Positions 17,866-30,089 are shown, counted from the first letter of the stretch. The stretch is DNA of 46,259 nucleotides from Crocinitomicaceae bacterium (GCA_029242295.1 JAQWUF010000194.1:1-46259), one strand, 5' to 3'. The notes: generated by a model not told the origin, from the letters alone. Made by a program: numbers and translations.

Positions 17866-20479
17866 TCAATTTTTCAAGCACTTCAGCAATAGCTTTGTCT
17901 AAACCGTTTGCGTTTTTTCCTCCAGCAGTTGCAAAGAAAGCTTGCCCGCCTCCACCACCTTGTATGTGCGATGAAACTTCGCGGATAATATTTCCAGCAT
18001 TCAGATCTTTGGCTATAGCAAAATCTTCGTTGAACATAATGCTCAAGCTGCATTTGTCACCTTCTTTTCCACCGATTATTCCAACAAAATTAGGAAATTC
18101 ACCTTTGAATTGAAACAACAAATCTTTTACTGAACCGGCATCCAAATCAACAACTGAATGAAGAATTTGATAATCGCCTTTGTCTTGCACTTTTGCTTTT
18201 AGATTTTCTTTGACACGTTGAGCATTCTCTCTTTTCATCACATCAATTTCTTTTTGCAATTCGGAGTTCTTTGTCAATAAATCTTCAACAGCTTTTTGTA
18301 AGTCTTTTGGTGCCTTTAGTGTTTGCATCAGACCGTTAACCTGTGCATCCTTATCTCTGAAATATTTCTCTGCTGCAGGTCCCGTAATCGCTTCTATTCG
18401 TCTCACACCAGCCGCAACTGCACCTTCGGAAAGAATTTTAACAAGAGCAATTTTACCAGTTGTTGACGCATGCGTTCCACCGCACAATTCTATCGAATCT
18501 CCAAACTGAATCATTCGGACTGTATCGCCATATTTTTCCCCAAACAAGGCCATTGCTCCTTTTTCTTGAGCAACATTGATTGGAATATTTCTTTCTTCAT
18601 TCAAGGCAATGTTCATCAGAATTGCTTCATCCATGTGCGCTTGAATCAAAGACATTTCTTCGTCCGTAACTTTGGAAAAATGACTAAAATCAAAACGTAA
18701 ATAATCAGCATTCACCAAAGATCCTTTTTGCTCCACATGTTCACCCAAAACTTTACGCAAAGCGTGATGAAGAAGGTGAGTGGCCGTATGATTTAAAGCT
18801 GTTTTATTTCTTTTATCAGCATTTACGTTTGCTTTGAATTTACATGTTAAATTCTCCGGTAGTTTCTCTGTCAAATGAACGATCAAGTTGTTTTCTTTCT
18901 TGGTGTCGAAGATGAATATTTTCTCACCCTGTTCGTTAACCAAAACTCCTGAATCTCCAACTTGTCCGCCACCTTCAGGGTAGAACGTTGTTAAGTTCAA
19001 TACGATTTGAAAGAAGTTCTTTTTCTTCTGAGAAACCGCTCTGTATTTTACGATTTGAACGTCTGCTTCCAAATAATCATAACCAATAAATTCTTCGACT
19101 TGGTCTTCTAAAATCTCTGTCCAATCACCAGTTTCCAGAACTGTTGCAGCTCTTGAACGCGTTTTCTGAACCTCCATCGCTTTTTCAAATTCAACTTCAT
19201 TGACACTCATGTCGTTTTCACGAGCAATGAGAGACGTCAAATCCAAAGGAAATCCAAAGGTATCAAACAATTCAAAAACGGTTTCGCCATCCAGTACTTT
19301 TTCGCCTTTGCCTTTCGCGTCGGCAATAGTCGTATCGATACGTTTTAGACCCAGTTCCAAGGTTCGGAAAAAGCTAATTTCCTCCTCTTTGATTACTTTG
19401 TAAACCAATCCTTCTTGCGCTTTTAATTCAGGGAAAGCATCACCCATTTCTTTGACCAAAGTCTGAGAAACTTCGCACATAAAAGGTTCTTTCAAACCCA
19501 ATGATGTGTATCCATAGCGAATCGCTCTTCGCAATATTCTTCTGATAACATATCCAGCACCTGAATTGGCTGGCAATTGTCCGTCGGTAATTGAAAAAGC
19601 TATTGCGCGAACGTGGTCAGCTATCACACGAAGTGCAATATCTGTTGGTTCTGATTGTTTGTAGGCAACGCCTGAAATCTTAGAAACAGTGCTAATTAAA
19701 GCTTGAAATAAATCGGTATCATAGTTGGATTGTTTTCCCTGCAAAGCCATCGCCAAACGTTCGAGTCCCATTCCAGTATCTACATGCGTATTTTTTAATT
19801 TCTCCAAACTTCCATCCGCCTTGCGATTGTGCTGCATGAAAACGTTGTTCCAAATCTCAATTACTTGCGGATGATCCTGATTTACCATGTCTCTGCCCGA
19901 CTTTTTGGCTAATTCAGCTGCGTCGCGTAAATCGATGTGTATTTCCGTGCAAGGTCCGCAAGGTCCTGATTCGCCCATTTCCCAGAAGTTGTCCTTTTTG
20001 TCGGCAAGAATAATTCGGTCTTTGGTTATGTATTTCGACCAAATGTCAATACTTTCTTGATCCAACGGAACGCCATCTGTTGTATCGCCTTCGTAAACAG
20101 TGACATAAAGTCTATCCTTCGGCAATTTGTAAATTTCGGTCAACAATTCCCACGCCCAAGCGATAGCTTCCGTTTTAAAATAATCACCGAAAGACCAGTT
20201 GCCCAGCATTTCGAACATCGTATGGTGATAAGTATCTACACCAACTTCCTCCAAATCGTTGTGTTTTCCTGAAACTCTTAGACATTTTTGAGTATTTGCT
20301 ACTCTCGGATTCTTTGGTTCAGCATTGCCCAAAAAATAATCTTTGAATTGATTCATTCCGGCATTCGTAAACATCAAAGTCGGGTCATTTTTAACCACCA
20401 TTGGTGCCGAAGGAACGATTTCGTGTCCTTTTGATGCGAAGAATTGAAAGAATTGCTCTCTTATTTCCTGAATTGTCAT
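17861..20479 (-). CDS. alaS: alanine--tRNA ligase
   Basis: Start set at MTIQEIREQFFQFFASKGHEIVPSAP.., the canonical AlaRS N-terminus. The C-terminal DHHA1-like domain has GGGGQ. The TTG at 20515 used by the track lies inside the predicted -7 box. Confidence 0.95.
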   Translation of the reverse strand: MTIQEIREQFFQFFASKGHEIVPSAPMVVKNDPTLMFTNAGMNQFKDYFLGNAEPKNPRVANTQKCLRVSGKHNDLEEVGVDTYHHTMFEMLGNWSFGDYFKTEAIAWAWELLTEIYKLPKDRLYVTVYEGDTTDGVPLDQESIDIWSKYITKDRIILADKKDNFWEMGESGPCGPCTEIHIDLRDAAELAKKSGRDMVNQDHPQVIEIWNNVFMQHNRKADGSLEKLKNTHVDTGMGLERLAMALQGKQSNYDTDLFQALISTVSKISGVAYKQSEPTDIALRVIADHVRAIAFSITDGQLPANSGAGYVIRRILRRAIRYGYTSLGLKEPFMCEVSQTLVKEMGDAFPELKAQEGLVYKVIKEEEISFFRTLELGLKRIDTTIADAKGKGEKVLDGETVFELFDTFGFPLDLTSLIARENDMSVNEVEFEKAMEVQKTRSRAATVLETGDWTEILEDQVEEFIGYDYLEADVQIVKYRAVSQKKKNFFQIVLNLTTFYPEGGGQVGDSGVLVNEQGEKIFIFDTKKENNLIVHLTEKLPENLTCKFKANVNADKRNKTALNHTATHLLHHALRKVLGEHVEQKGSLVNADYLRFDFSHFSKVTDEEMSLIQAHMDEAILMNIALNEERNIPINVAQEKGAMALFGEKYGDTVRMIQFGDSIELCGGTHASTTGKIALVKILSEGAVAAGVRRIEAITGPAAEKYFRDKDAQVNGLMQTLKAPKDLQKAVEDLLTKNSELQKEIDVMKRENAQRVKENLKAKVQDKGDYQILHSVVDLDAGSVKDLLFQFKGEFPNFVGIIGGKEGDKCSLSIMFNEDFAIAKDLNAGNIIREVSSHIQGGGGGQAFFATAGGKNANGLDKAIAEVLEKLK

Positions 20480-20512
20480 GCTGTGTAGAATTGCTATTGC
20501 TTTTAAAGTATA

Positions 20513-20520
20513 CAAATTTA
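20513..20520 (-). promoter_or_regulatory. candidate -7 box (TAAATTTG) for alaS
   Basis: Minus strand reads TAAATTTG, which fits TAnnTTTG. It lies 34 nt upstream of the ATG at 20479. Confidence 0.4.
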
Positions 20521-20587
20521 GCGGAATTCATCGAAAAGCGAATTGGTAAGGACAGGAAGTTTAATTTTTCTGATATTTACCCCGATA

Positions 20588-22111
20588 ATGATGGAGGAAA
20601 ACAAACAATTTTATCATCGATTTCTGAATGAAGGTGCTACTTGGCAATTCGTTCTGAAAATGTTTTTACTGATGCTCTTGTTAAACGTACTAATCCGATT
20701 GCCGCTTTATTTCTCTAAGAATTTTTGGTTTGATGGCGATGAAGCAATAATTGGTATCATGGCACAAGATTTCCTTCGAAAGGGCAAATTGCCCTTCTTT
20801 TTTTATGGTCAGCACTACGGTTTCGCTTCGGTGGAGACCTTTTTCTCGGCCGTTTTTATTAAGATTCTAGGGTCTAAAATTATTGCTCTAAAGTTGGCCG
20901 GAATGATCATTCATTCTTCGGCTGTGGTATTTATAGCACTTTTTCTGAGAGCGAAGAAGGTAAGTCCACGAACCTGGTTTTTTGTGTTATTTCTTGTTCT
21001 GTTTTTTCCACCTTTCTATCTATGGGCGAGCCAAATGCGAACGACAGCTTTTCTTTTGGCGGCGATTCTATTTTTTATAACAGAAACGAAATCGTTCTCA
21101 TGGTGGCGATTTGTATTGGTTTTCATCCTAAGTTTATTCCTTTTGGAATCCCAAGCCATGTTTTTCCTGTTTGCCATGGTTTTTGTCGGAAATTGGCTGT
21201 GGGTGGCAAAAAAGAAGTTTGTTCCACTCGCAGGATTTGTAATTGGTCAGAGTGTCTTAGTTTTTCTTGTGAATTATTACTGGACAGGAGATAAAACGGC
21301 ACATAGTGTTCAATTAATAGCAGATGGAAACCAATGGAACCAGTTGATGCTCCAATTTTTTGGATTTCGCTCAGGTTTTTCCGGATTTCATTATTTCACG
21401 ATGGATATTGATATGCCCAGCTGGTATTCTGTTTTCATATTGCTCATGCTTGGTACTTTTATTGGATTGTTTTTGGCCGTTATTATTTGGTCATGGCAAG
21501 AGAACAAACGGATGTTACTATTTTATGGCTTGGCTCTGATTGGTTTTCTCGTTTTTCTTTCGTTTTTTAAAGAATATGGACCAAGGTATTGGATAAATTT
21601 TTTCGGAGGGACTTTATTGGTAATCCTGTCTTTGCTGATGAAGTCTGAAGCAAAGGATTCTATGAGGAAGAAAATGTTGTTACCCTTGCTTCCTTTTATT
21701 GCAGTTTACTTTGCTGCATCAGATATGCGGGTTCACTTTTCTGACAATGATATTTCTGAGAAAGCAGCCTTCGCAGCAGTCAACCACGAAGTTCGGACGT
21801 CGAATCAGAAAGCGATGTTCACAACGGATGTTTATTTGCAATGGCAATGGAACTTTATTAATGGTGAGGAAATTCCTTGTTGCGCCTTTAATGAAGAGGA
21901 TAGGACAGATCGGTTTTCAAAACGTGTTTTTTCAAAATATCGAAAGAATCCTGAACAAGTGGGTTTAATGGGTTATTGGGGAATATTTTGGGAGATGGAT
22001 CTAATGGAAGGCTTTAACGATAATCGATATCAAGTAGGACAGAAGTATTACTTTTTAAAAGAGATTCAGTTGGATTATCTTGAGACAGGAATAGAAGTTA
22101 GTGGTGACTAA
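20588..22111 (+). CDS. ArnT/PMT-like (GT39/GT83-type) integral membrane glycosyltransferase
   Basis: Polytopic membrane protein. The N-terminal loop ..FDGDEAIIGIMAQDFLRKGKLPFFFYGQHYG.. resembles the DxD/E loop of ArnT/PMT_2-family enzymes. Start set at ATGATG (20588). Confidence 0.55.
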   Translation: MMEENKQFYHRFLNEGATWQFVLKMFLLMLLLNVLIRLPLYFSKNFWFDGDEAIIGIMAQDFLRKGKLPFFFYGQHYGFASVETFFSAVFIKILGSKIIALKLAGMIIHSSAVVFIALFLRAKKVSPRTWFFVLFLVLFFPPFYLWASQMRTTAFLLAAILFFITETKSFSWWRFVLVFILSLFLLESQAMFFLFAMVFVGNWLWVAKKKFVPLAGFVIGQSVLVFLVNYYWTGDKTAHSVQLIADGNQWNQLMLQFFGFRSGFSGFHYFTMDIDMPSWYSVFILLMLGTFIGLFLAVIIWSWQENKRMLLFYGLALIGFLVFLSFFKEYGPRYWINFFGGTLLVILSLLMKSEAKDSMRKKMLLPLLPFIAVYFAASDMRVHFSDNDISEKAAFAAVNHEVRTSNQKAMFTTDVYLQWQWNFINGEEIPCCAFNEEDRTDRFSKRVFSKYRKNPEQVGLMGYWGIFWEMDLMEGFNDNRYQVGQKYYFLKEIQLDYLETGIEVSGD

Positions 22112-22141
22112 CAAACTTGTAACGTATAGTTAGAGGAGGAG

Positions 22142-22172
22142 TTCGAAACTTTTGAAAGTTTCGAAGTTTATT
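22142..22172 (+). terminator. rho-independent terminator after the glycosyltransferase gene
   Basis: Perfect 10-bp stem, TTCGAAACTT (22142..22151) with AAGTTTCGAA (22156..22165), and loop TTGA. It is followed by GTTTATT. Confidence 0.55.
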
Positions 22173-22312
22173 CTGTAAAATTGATCTTTGGATTCCAATT
22201 CAGAATACTCCGTAAATATATAATAACCATAACGTTATCTATACTGCACAGGTTTTTTAACATAGTCCATTTTCTTCATGCTAACTCAATTCCTTATATT
22301 TACCGTTCTTAT

Positions 22313-23284
22313 ATGTCCAAAGCCAAGTATAAATACAATCCAAAAACACTCGCCTACGAAGAGGTGCGCGTGCATTGGACTATTAAAGTGCTCAAGATTT
22401 CCCTTCTTGTTGCACCCAGTATTCTTATTGGTTTGGCTCTATCCTTTCTCTTTACAAATAGAATCCAAGCTCCTCAAACAAGAAGTTTGAAAAAAGAAAT
22501 TGTTATTTATAAGAAAGAAATGAACCGTATGCAAGCGGATTTGTCACTCGTTCATAAAGTATTAGCGGATGTTGAAAAACGAGACGAAGATTTATACCGA
22601 GTAGCATTGTACGCTGATAAGTTTCCTGAAGAACTCCGAATGATGGGCTCTGGAGGAAGCGATAAATATGCTGCTTTGGACGGATTAACGAATTCAAAAC
22701 TATTGATAAAAACCGCCGAAAGTCTTGATGCAGCTGAGAAAAGATTGAACGCCCAACGATTGAGTTTCAAAGAATTGTTGATTCTTGCACGAGATAAAGA
22801 AAAGGTTTTGGCAAGCATTCCAGCTATCCAACCCGTTCGAAATGATGATTTAAAAAGAATGGCATCTGGATACGGTTGGAGAATTGACCCCATCTATAAA
22901 ACACGCAGAATGCACACCGGAATGGACTTCACTGCTGCTACTGGAACAGATGTCTTCGCGACAGGTGACGGAACCGTTGAAGCAACGGAAAAAAATGGTT
23001 GGGGATATGGAAATTGTATCGTCATCAATCATGGGTACGGTTACAAAACGCGTTATGCTCACCTAAGTGCTTTCAAAATTAAAGTTGGCGATAAAGTAAA
23101 ACGAGGCGATTTAATTGGTTTGGTTGGAACTTCAGGAAAATCTACTGGACCCCATTTGCATTATGAAGTGGAGAAAAATGGAGAAAAAGTGAATCCCATA
23201 CACTATTACCACACCGATTTATCACCAGAACAATACGAACGATTGCTGAAAATTAGTCAGAATTCGTTCAAGGCATTTGATTAA
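22313..23284 (+). CDS. M23-family metallopeptidase (membrane-anchored)
   Basis: Start set at MSKAKYKYNPKTL. One TM and a coiled-coil. M23 motifs HTGMDFTA, ..GYGNCIVINHGYGYKTRYAHL.. and GPHLHYEV. Confidence 0.85.
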   Translation: MSKAKYKYNPKTLAYEEVRVHWTIKVLKISLLVAPSILIGLALSFLFTNRIQAPQTRSLKKEIVIYKKEMNRMQADLSLVHKVLADVEKRDEDLYRVALYADKFPEELRMMGSGGSDKYAALDGLTNSKLLIKTAESLDAAEKRLNAQRLSFKELLILARDKEKVLASIPAIQPVRNDDLKRMASGYGWRIDPIYKTRRMHTGMDFTAATGTDVFATGDGTVEATEKNGWGYGNCIVINHGYGYKTRYAHLSAFKIKVGDKVKRGDLIGLVGTSGKSTGPHLHYEVEKNGEKVNPIHYYHTDLSPEQYERLLKISQNSFKAFD

Positions 23285-23296
23285 ACTACTTTCTTT

Positions 23297-24622
23297 ATGA
23301 ACAACTTGAAATTCATTTTCGCACTTGCGCTAACATTTGCCGCTTCTACTGTTCTTTTTGCTCAGAATAGATCTTTCTTAGGCCGAAATCCCTTGGGTAC
23401 GGAATCTGACGAAGGTGCTTCAGCAGTTAAAATGAAACTGGTTGCACGCACACAATCTTTCAATAGTGATGATTTGTTAAAGCACGATCATTACGATCAA
23501 GCTATAAACTCGCCTAAATCTGTCATTTTTTCAAGTGACGGAATGAAATATTATGTGAATTCATTAGAAGGATATACTACGCACGTTTTCGAAACACAAA
23601 CCCATAAAAAGTTAAGCGACATTAAACATAAGTTTGATGCTGATGATAAGAAACTCTTTTTGAATAATGAGTATACTGTTTTCGACTATGAACAAAAAGA
23701 AGGTCAGGAAAACTATAATCATTTTTCAGGAAAACCTGTTGAATCGTGCCTTTCTCATAATGGGAAATATTTATGGGTGACATATTACCGCAGAGATTGG
23801 GACAACAATGCTCAATATCCATCTGCTTTGGCGATTATTGATACCGAAACGGATAAAATTGTTCGTGTTATGCCAACAGGACCACTGCCAAAAATGATTG
23901 CGGCCTCGCCAGATAACAAATACATTTGTGTGACGCATTGGGGTGATAATACCGTAGCCATTATCGATATCGAATCCGACTTACCATTTGAATTTAAGTA
24001 CACCAAACATTTAGCAGTTGGTGAAAGAATAGTTCTGTCTTATGATGAAAATGTAGAAATCGACAGAGACAACGATTGTGGCCATTGTTTGAGAGGAACC
24101 GTTTTTACAGAAAACAGCAAGCACCTCTTAGTAGGACGTATGGGTGGAGCAGGTGGAATAACTGTTTTCCAAACTTCCGATTTTAAATCTTTAGGGACCG
24201 TTCAAGGCATGAAAGCCAATGTGCGACATTTGGAAATTGTAGGAAACAATCTTTATCTAAGTTCTAATCGATTAGGGTACGTTCAAAAGTGTAATGTAGA
24301 TGATATGATTCTAAGTCTTAAAAATTCTCAGAAATCAATTTATACTTTTAAAAGATGGAAATCTGCTTACGTTGGAATTGGTGCTAGAACGATCTCCGTA
24401 ACGAAAGATAGAAAGTATATTTTTGCTGCAGTCAACAACGAAAAGAAAATAGTAGTTGTTCGATCCAGTGATATGAAAGTCGTTTCAAAAATAAACGCAG
24501 ATCCTTATCCCGTTGGAATGGCTTTATCCAAATACGAAACTAGATTGATGGTGACCGCGCAAGGGAAACGTGGTCAAGGAGGAGGAAATTCGGTGACGAT
24601 TTATTCGATTGAGTACTTGTAA
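23297..24622 (+). CDS. secreted beta-propeller protein (YncE/YVTN-like repeats)
   Basis: Signal peptide MNNLKFIFALALTFAASTVLFAQ. Repeated ..G.YL.VT...DN.V.IID.. blade-like segments. Confidence 0.5.
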   Translation: MNNLKFIFALALTFAASTVLFAQNRSFLGRNPLGTESDEGASAVKMKLVARTQSFNSDDLLKHDHYDQAINSPKSVIFSSDGMKYYVNSLEGYTTHVFETQTHKKLSDIKHKFDADDKKLFLNNEYTVFDYEQKEGQENYNHFSGKPVESCLSHNGKYLWVTYYRRDWDNNAQYPSALAIIDTETDKIVRVMPTGPLPKMIAASPDNKYICVTHWGDNTVAIIDIESDLPFEFKYTKHLAVGERIVLSYDENVEIDRDNDCGHCLRGTVFTENSKHLLVGRMGGAGGITVFQTSDFKSLGTVQGMKANVRHLEIVGNNLYLSSNRLGYVQKCNVDDMILSLKNSQKSIYTFKRWKSAYVGIGARTISVTKDRKYIFAAVNNEKKIVVVRSSDMKVVSKINADPYPVGMALSKYETRLMVTAQGKRGQGGGNSVTIYSIEYL

Positions 24623-24629
24623 AAGGTTT

Positions 24630-24650
24630 TTGGCAGTTGGCTATTGGCTA
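24630..24650 (+). repeat. heptad array TTGGCAG-TTGGCTA-TTGGCTA
   Basis: Three exact-period 7-nt units that begin 8 nt after the stop at 24622. The array is the inverted complement of the CAGCCAA units at 24733..24746. Confidence 0.65.
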
Positions 24651-24732
24651 ATTTGTAGCTTAGGCTGTGGTTATGTTTATGAAACGATGATTGATTTAAA
24701 TAATAAATAAACTATCGGAGTTTTTCTCTAAA

Positions 24733-24767
24733 CAGCCAACAGCCAAAGTCAACCGTCAAAGTCAATC
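24733..24767 (+). repeat. heptad array CAGCCAA-CAGCCAA-AGTCAAC-CGTCAAA-GTCAATC
   Basis: Five consecutive 7-nt units with a G-N-CAA core, located about 150 nt upstream of the dnaK ATG. Confidence 0.65.
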
Positions 24768-24915
24768 AAAATGTCATAAAATCTGCCAATTCGACATTCA
24801 ATAACACTCCATTTTACTAGCTTCCTGTCATTTGTGTCAGAAAGAAGTCAGAAAATCGACATGGCATAATCCTTGACTAATGCTTACTAAGTTTAAAAAT
24901 GAAAAACACAATAAA

Positions 24916-26817
24916 ATGGGAAAAATAATTGGTATAGATTTAGGAACTACCAACTCTTGCGTATCCGTAATGGAAGGAAATGAGCCAGTAGTTATCGCTA
25001 ACTCCGAAGGTAAAAGAACTACACCTTCAGTTGTAGCTTTCGTTGAAGGTGGTGAGCGTAAAGTTGGAGATCCAGCAAAACGTCAAGCTATCACCAACCC
25101 GACGAAGACTGTAGCATCAATCAAACGATTCATGGGTTCTTCTTTCACTGACAGCTCAGCTGAAGCAGATAAAGTACCTTACGAAATCGTAAAAGGTGAC
25201 AATGATACACCTCGCGTGAAAATTGACGATAGAAATTATACACCTCAAGAAATTTCAGCAATGATCTTGCAGAAAATGAAAAAAACGGCGGAAGATTACT
25301 TGGGAACTGAGGTTACTGAAGCAGTTGTTACTGTTCCAGCTTACTTCAACGATTCGCAACGTCAAGCAACAAAAGAGGCTGGTGAAATCGCTGGTTTGAC
25401 TATCAAAAGAATTATCAACGAGCCTACTGCAGCGGCATTGGCTTACGGATTGGATAAAAAAGGAGTAGATCAAAAAATCGTTGTATTTGACTTCGGTGGT
25501 GGAACACACGACGTTTCTATCTTGGAATTAGGTGACGGTGTATTTGAAGTATTGTCAACAGATGGTGATACACACTTAGGAGGTGACGATGTAGACAACA
25601 TCTTGATCAACTGGTTGGCTGACGAATTTAAAAACGACGAAGGAATCGACTTGAGAAAAGATCCGATGGCTTTGCAACGTTTGAAAGAAGCAGCAGAAAA
25701 AGCAAAAATTGAATTGTCTTCAACGACATCTTCAGAAATCAACTTGCCTTACATTATGCCTGTAGACGGAGTTCCAAAACACTTGGTGCGAACGTTACAA
25801 AGAGCAAAATTTGAGCAATTGATCTCGGATATCGTGGAGAGAACTATCGCACCTTGTCGTTCAGCACTGAAAAACGCTGGTTTGTCAACGGGTGATATCG
25901 ACGAAGTAATCTTGGTTGGTGGTTCAACTAGAATCCCTGTTATCCAAGCAGCAGTGGAGAAATTCTTCGGAAAAGCACCTTCAAAAGGAGTTAATCCAGA
26001 TGAGGTTGTTGCTTTAGGAGCAGCTATCCAAGGTGGAGTTCTTACTGGAGAAGTGAAAGATGTCTTATTATTAGATGTATCTCCACTTTCTTTAGGAATC
26101 GAAACAATGGGTGGTGTATTCACGAAATTAATCGAAGCGAATACAACAATTCCAACGAAAAAATCAGAAGTGTTCTCTACGGCATCAGATAATCAACCTT
26201 CAGTTGATATCCACGTATTGCAAGGAGAACGTTCAATGGCAACAGACAACAAAACGTTGGGTCGTTTCCAATTGACAGACATTCCACCAGCACAGCGAGG
26301 AACTCCTCAAATTGAAGTAACATTCGATATTGATGCAAACGGAATCATGCATATCTCAGCGAAAGACAAAGGAACTGGAAAAGAACAATCAATCAAGATT
26401 GAAGCTTCATCTGGATTGTCAGATGCAGATATCGAAAAAATGAAAGCAGAAGCTGCTGCTCACGCTGATGAAGATACGAAGAGAAGAGAAGAAGCGGACA
26501 CGGTAAACAAAGCCGATTCGTTGATTTTCCAAACGGAACGTCAAATGACGGAATACGGAGATAAAATTCCAGCTGACAAAAAACAAGCAATCGAAGATGC
26601 TTTGGCGGAATTGAAAACACAGTTCGAAGCGAAGAATATGGAGAATTTGCAACCGGCAATGGACAAATTAAACGAAGTATTCCAAGCGGCTTCACAAGAT
26701 ATGTACAATGCAGGAAACGAAGGAGGTGAAGCAGGTGCTGAACCAACTGGCGATGCAGGTGCTGGAGAAGAAGAAGTAACTGATGTTGACTTCGAAGAAG
26801 TAGAAGATCAGAAGTAA
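24916..26817 (+). CDS. dnaK: molecular chaperone DnaK (Hsp70)
   Basis: [20 protein letters not shown].., DLGGGTFD-like [11 protein letters not shown], ..[12 protein letters not shown].. and an acidic C-terminus. The track ORF was trimmed by 12 codons. Confidence 0.97.
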   Translation: MGKIIGIDLGTTNSCVSVMEGNEPVVIANSEGKRTTPSVVAFVEGGERKVGDPAKRQAITNPTKTVASIKRFMGSSFTDSSAEADKVPYEIVKGDNDTPRVKIDDRNYTPQEISAMILQKMKKTAEDYLGTEVTEAVVTVPAYFNDSQRQATKEAGEIAGLTIKRIINEPTAAALAYGLDKKGVDQKIVVFDFGGGTHDVSILELGDGVFEVLSTDGDTHLGGDDVDNILINWLADEFKNDEGIDLRKDPMALQRLKEAAEKAKIELSSTTSSEINLPYIMPVDGVPKHLVRTLQRAKFEQLISDIVERTIAPCRSALKNAGLSTGDIDEVILVGGSTRIPVIQAAVEKFFGKAPSKGVNPDEVVALGAAIQGGVLTGEVKDVLLLDVSPLSLGIETMGGVFTKLIEANTTIPTKKSEVFSTASDNQPSVDIHVLQGERSMATDNKTLGRFQLTDIPPAQRGTPQIEVTFDIDANGIMHISAKDKGTGKEQSIKIEASSGLSDADIEKMKAEAAAHADEDTKRREEADTVNKADSLIFQTERQMTEYGDKIPADKKQAIEDALAELKTQFEAKNMENLQPAMDKLNEVFQAASQDMYNAGNEGGEAGAEPTGDAGAGEEEVTDVDFEEVEDQK

Positions 26818-26843
26818 TATTCGAACGAATACTATATTGAAAG

Positions 26844-26876
26844 AGCGTTGTCCTTAGTTGGGTAACGCTTTTTTGG
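26844..26876 (+). terminator. rho-independent terminator of dnaK
   Basis: 10-bp stem AGCGTTGTCC/GGGTAACGCT with two G:U pairs and loop TTAGTT, followed by TTTTTTGGTTTT. Confidence 0.7.
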
Positions 26877-26956
26877 TTTTATTTTTTTGAAAAAAGAATA
26901 CACTGCGCACCAATGAAAAGGTAAGCTTGGCAATACAAGATGTATCTATATCTCCT

Positions 26957-26991
26957 AAAAAGAAAAAGGTGACTCGATTAAAAGCCACCTT
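26957..26991 (-). terminator. rho-independent terminator of katG
   Basis: Minus strand has AAGGTGGC, a 10-nt loop, then GTCACCTT, followed by TTTCTTTTT. It lies 25 nt after the stop at 27016. Confidence 0.6.
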
Positions 26992-27015
26992 TTCATTCTA
27001 TTAAGATATCAAGTT

Positions 27016-29226
<2,211 letters not shown>

Positions 29227-29242
29227 TTATTAGTATCTCTAA

Positions 29243-29250
29243 CAAATATA
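29243..29250 (-). promoter_or_regulatory. candidate -7 box (TATATTTG) for katG
   Basis: Minus strand reads TATATTTG, 32 nt upstream of the ATG at 29211. Confidence 0.4.
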
Positions 29251-29348
29251 AAAAGAATGTGTTTATTAATTTTTATTTTAAATTTTTTATAACGTTTCTT
29301 GAATTCTAATTATAGTGCTGAATTAAATGCTCATCCATACAAAGATGC

Positions 29349-29356
29349 TAGCTTTG
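29349..29356 (+). promoter_or_regulatory. candidate -7 box (TAGCTTTG) for the peroxiredoxin gene
   Basis: TAGCTTTG fits TAnnTTTG and lies 39 nt upstream of the ATG at 29395. Confidence 0.4.
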
Positions 29357-29394
29357 CAAATTGATAATGGTTAAAATTTAAAATAAGTATAAAA

Positions 29395-30026
29395 ATGTCA
29401 GTATTAGTAGGAAAAAAACTCCTTCATTCTTTGCTCCAGCAGCTGCAAATGGTGGAATAATTGAACAAGGCTTTTCATTGGTTGAATACATAGGAAAGAA
29501 TCACGTATTGTTTTTCTTTTACCCAAAAGATTTCACTTTTGTTTGCCCGTCAGAATTACATGCTTTCCAGGCAAAATTAGCAGATTTTAAAGCACGTGGT
29601 TGTAAAGTTGTTGCTTGTTCAACAGATACAGAAGAGTCGCATTGGGCTTGGTTGAATACGCCCAAATTTAGCGGTGGAATTCAAAGAGTAACTTATCCAA
29701 TCGTTGCCGATACAACAAAAATGATTTCAGATACTTACGGTGTTTTGGCCGGTGAGTACAATTATTATATGGATGGTAAGTTTGTTGCAAACGGACCAAT
29801 GATTGTGTACCGTGGTTTGTTTTTGATCGACAAAGAAGAAAAGGTGATGCATCAATTGGTGAACAACTTGCCTTTGGGAAGAAACGTTGATGAAGCTCTT
29901 CGTATGGTTGACGCTTTACCATTCTTCGAGGAGAATGGTGAGGTTTGCCCAGCGAATTGGACAAAAGGAGACCAAGGAATGACAGCTTCTTTTCAGGGAG
30001 TTGCTGAATACCTTTCGGTGAACTAA
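29395..30026 (+). CDS. typical 2-Cys peroxiredoxin (AhpC/Tsa family), reading frame broken at an A7 run near codon 8
   Basis: The ATG at 29395 gives MSVLVGKK, then runs out of frame (..LLHSLLQQLQMVE*). The frame one back reads ..KKTPSFFAPAAANGGIIEQGFSLVEYIGKNHVLFFFYPKDFTFVCPSELHAF...GEVCPANW.. to 30026. Joined, these give the canonical N-terminus MSVLVGKK(T/A)PSF. Both the peroxidatic Cys (FVCP) and the resolving Cys (VCP) are present. Confidence 0.85.
29412..29418 (+). other. A7 homopolymer at the peroxiredoxin frameshift point
   Basis: The sequence is GG AAAAAAA CT. One extra A, or -1 slippage on A_AAA_AAA, restores GGA AAA AAA ACT CCT TCA = GKKTPS. Confidence 0.8.
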
Positions 30027-30089
30027 AAACATTTGATTAATTAGCATTACGCTTCCGTAAGGAAGTTACGAGGTTAATTTTCAGACGCT

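Noticed and set aside
24630-24770. The possibility that the short tandem arrays here, at 34336..34427 and at 38716..38748 are CRISPR arrays.
   Set aside because: The units are 7-12 nt with no unique spacers, the arrays have only 3-5 units, and there are no cas genes.
24770-24915. A CIRCE (HrcA) operator or a clear consensus promoter upstream of dnaK.
   Set aside because: There is no TTAGCACTC-N9-GAGTGCTAA-like inverted repeat. The only hit is an imperfect TAAGTTTA at 24888..24895, with a TTG spaced just 12 nt from it, which is too weak to call.
25255-26746. Several 77-124-aa minus-strand ORFs inside dnaK (25255..25509, 25470..25742, 25749..26123, 26393..26746, 26419..26652).
   Set aside because: They lie antisense within a near-perfectly conserved Hsp70 gene and have low-complexity translations with no motifs. 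They are typical shadow ORFs.
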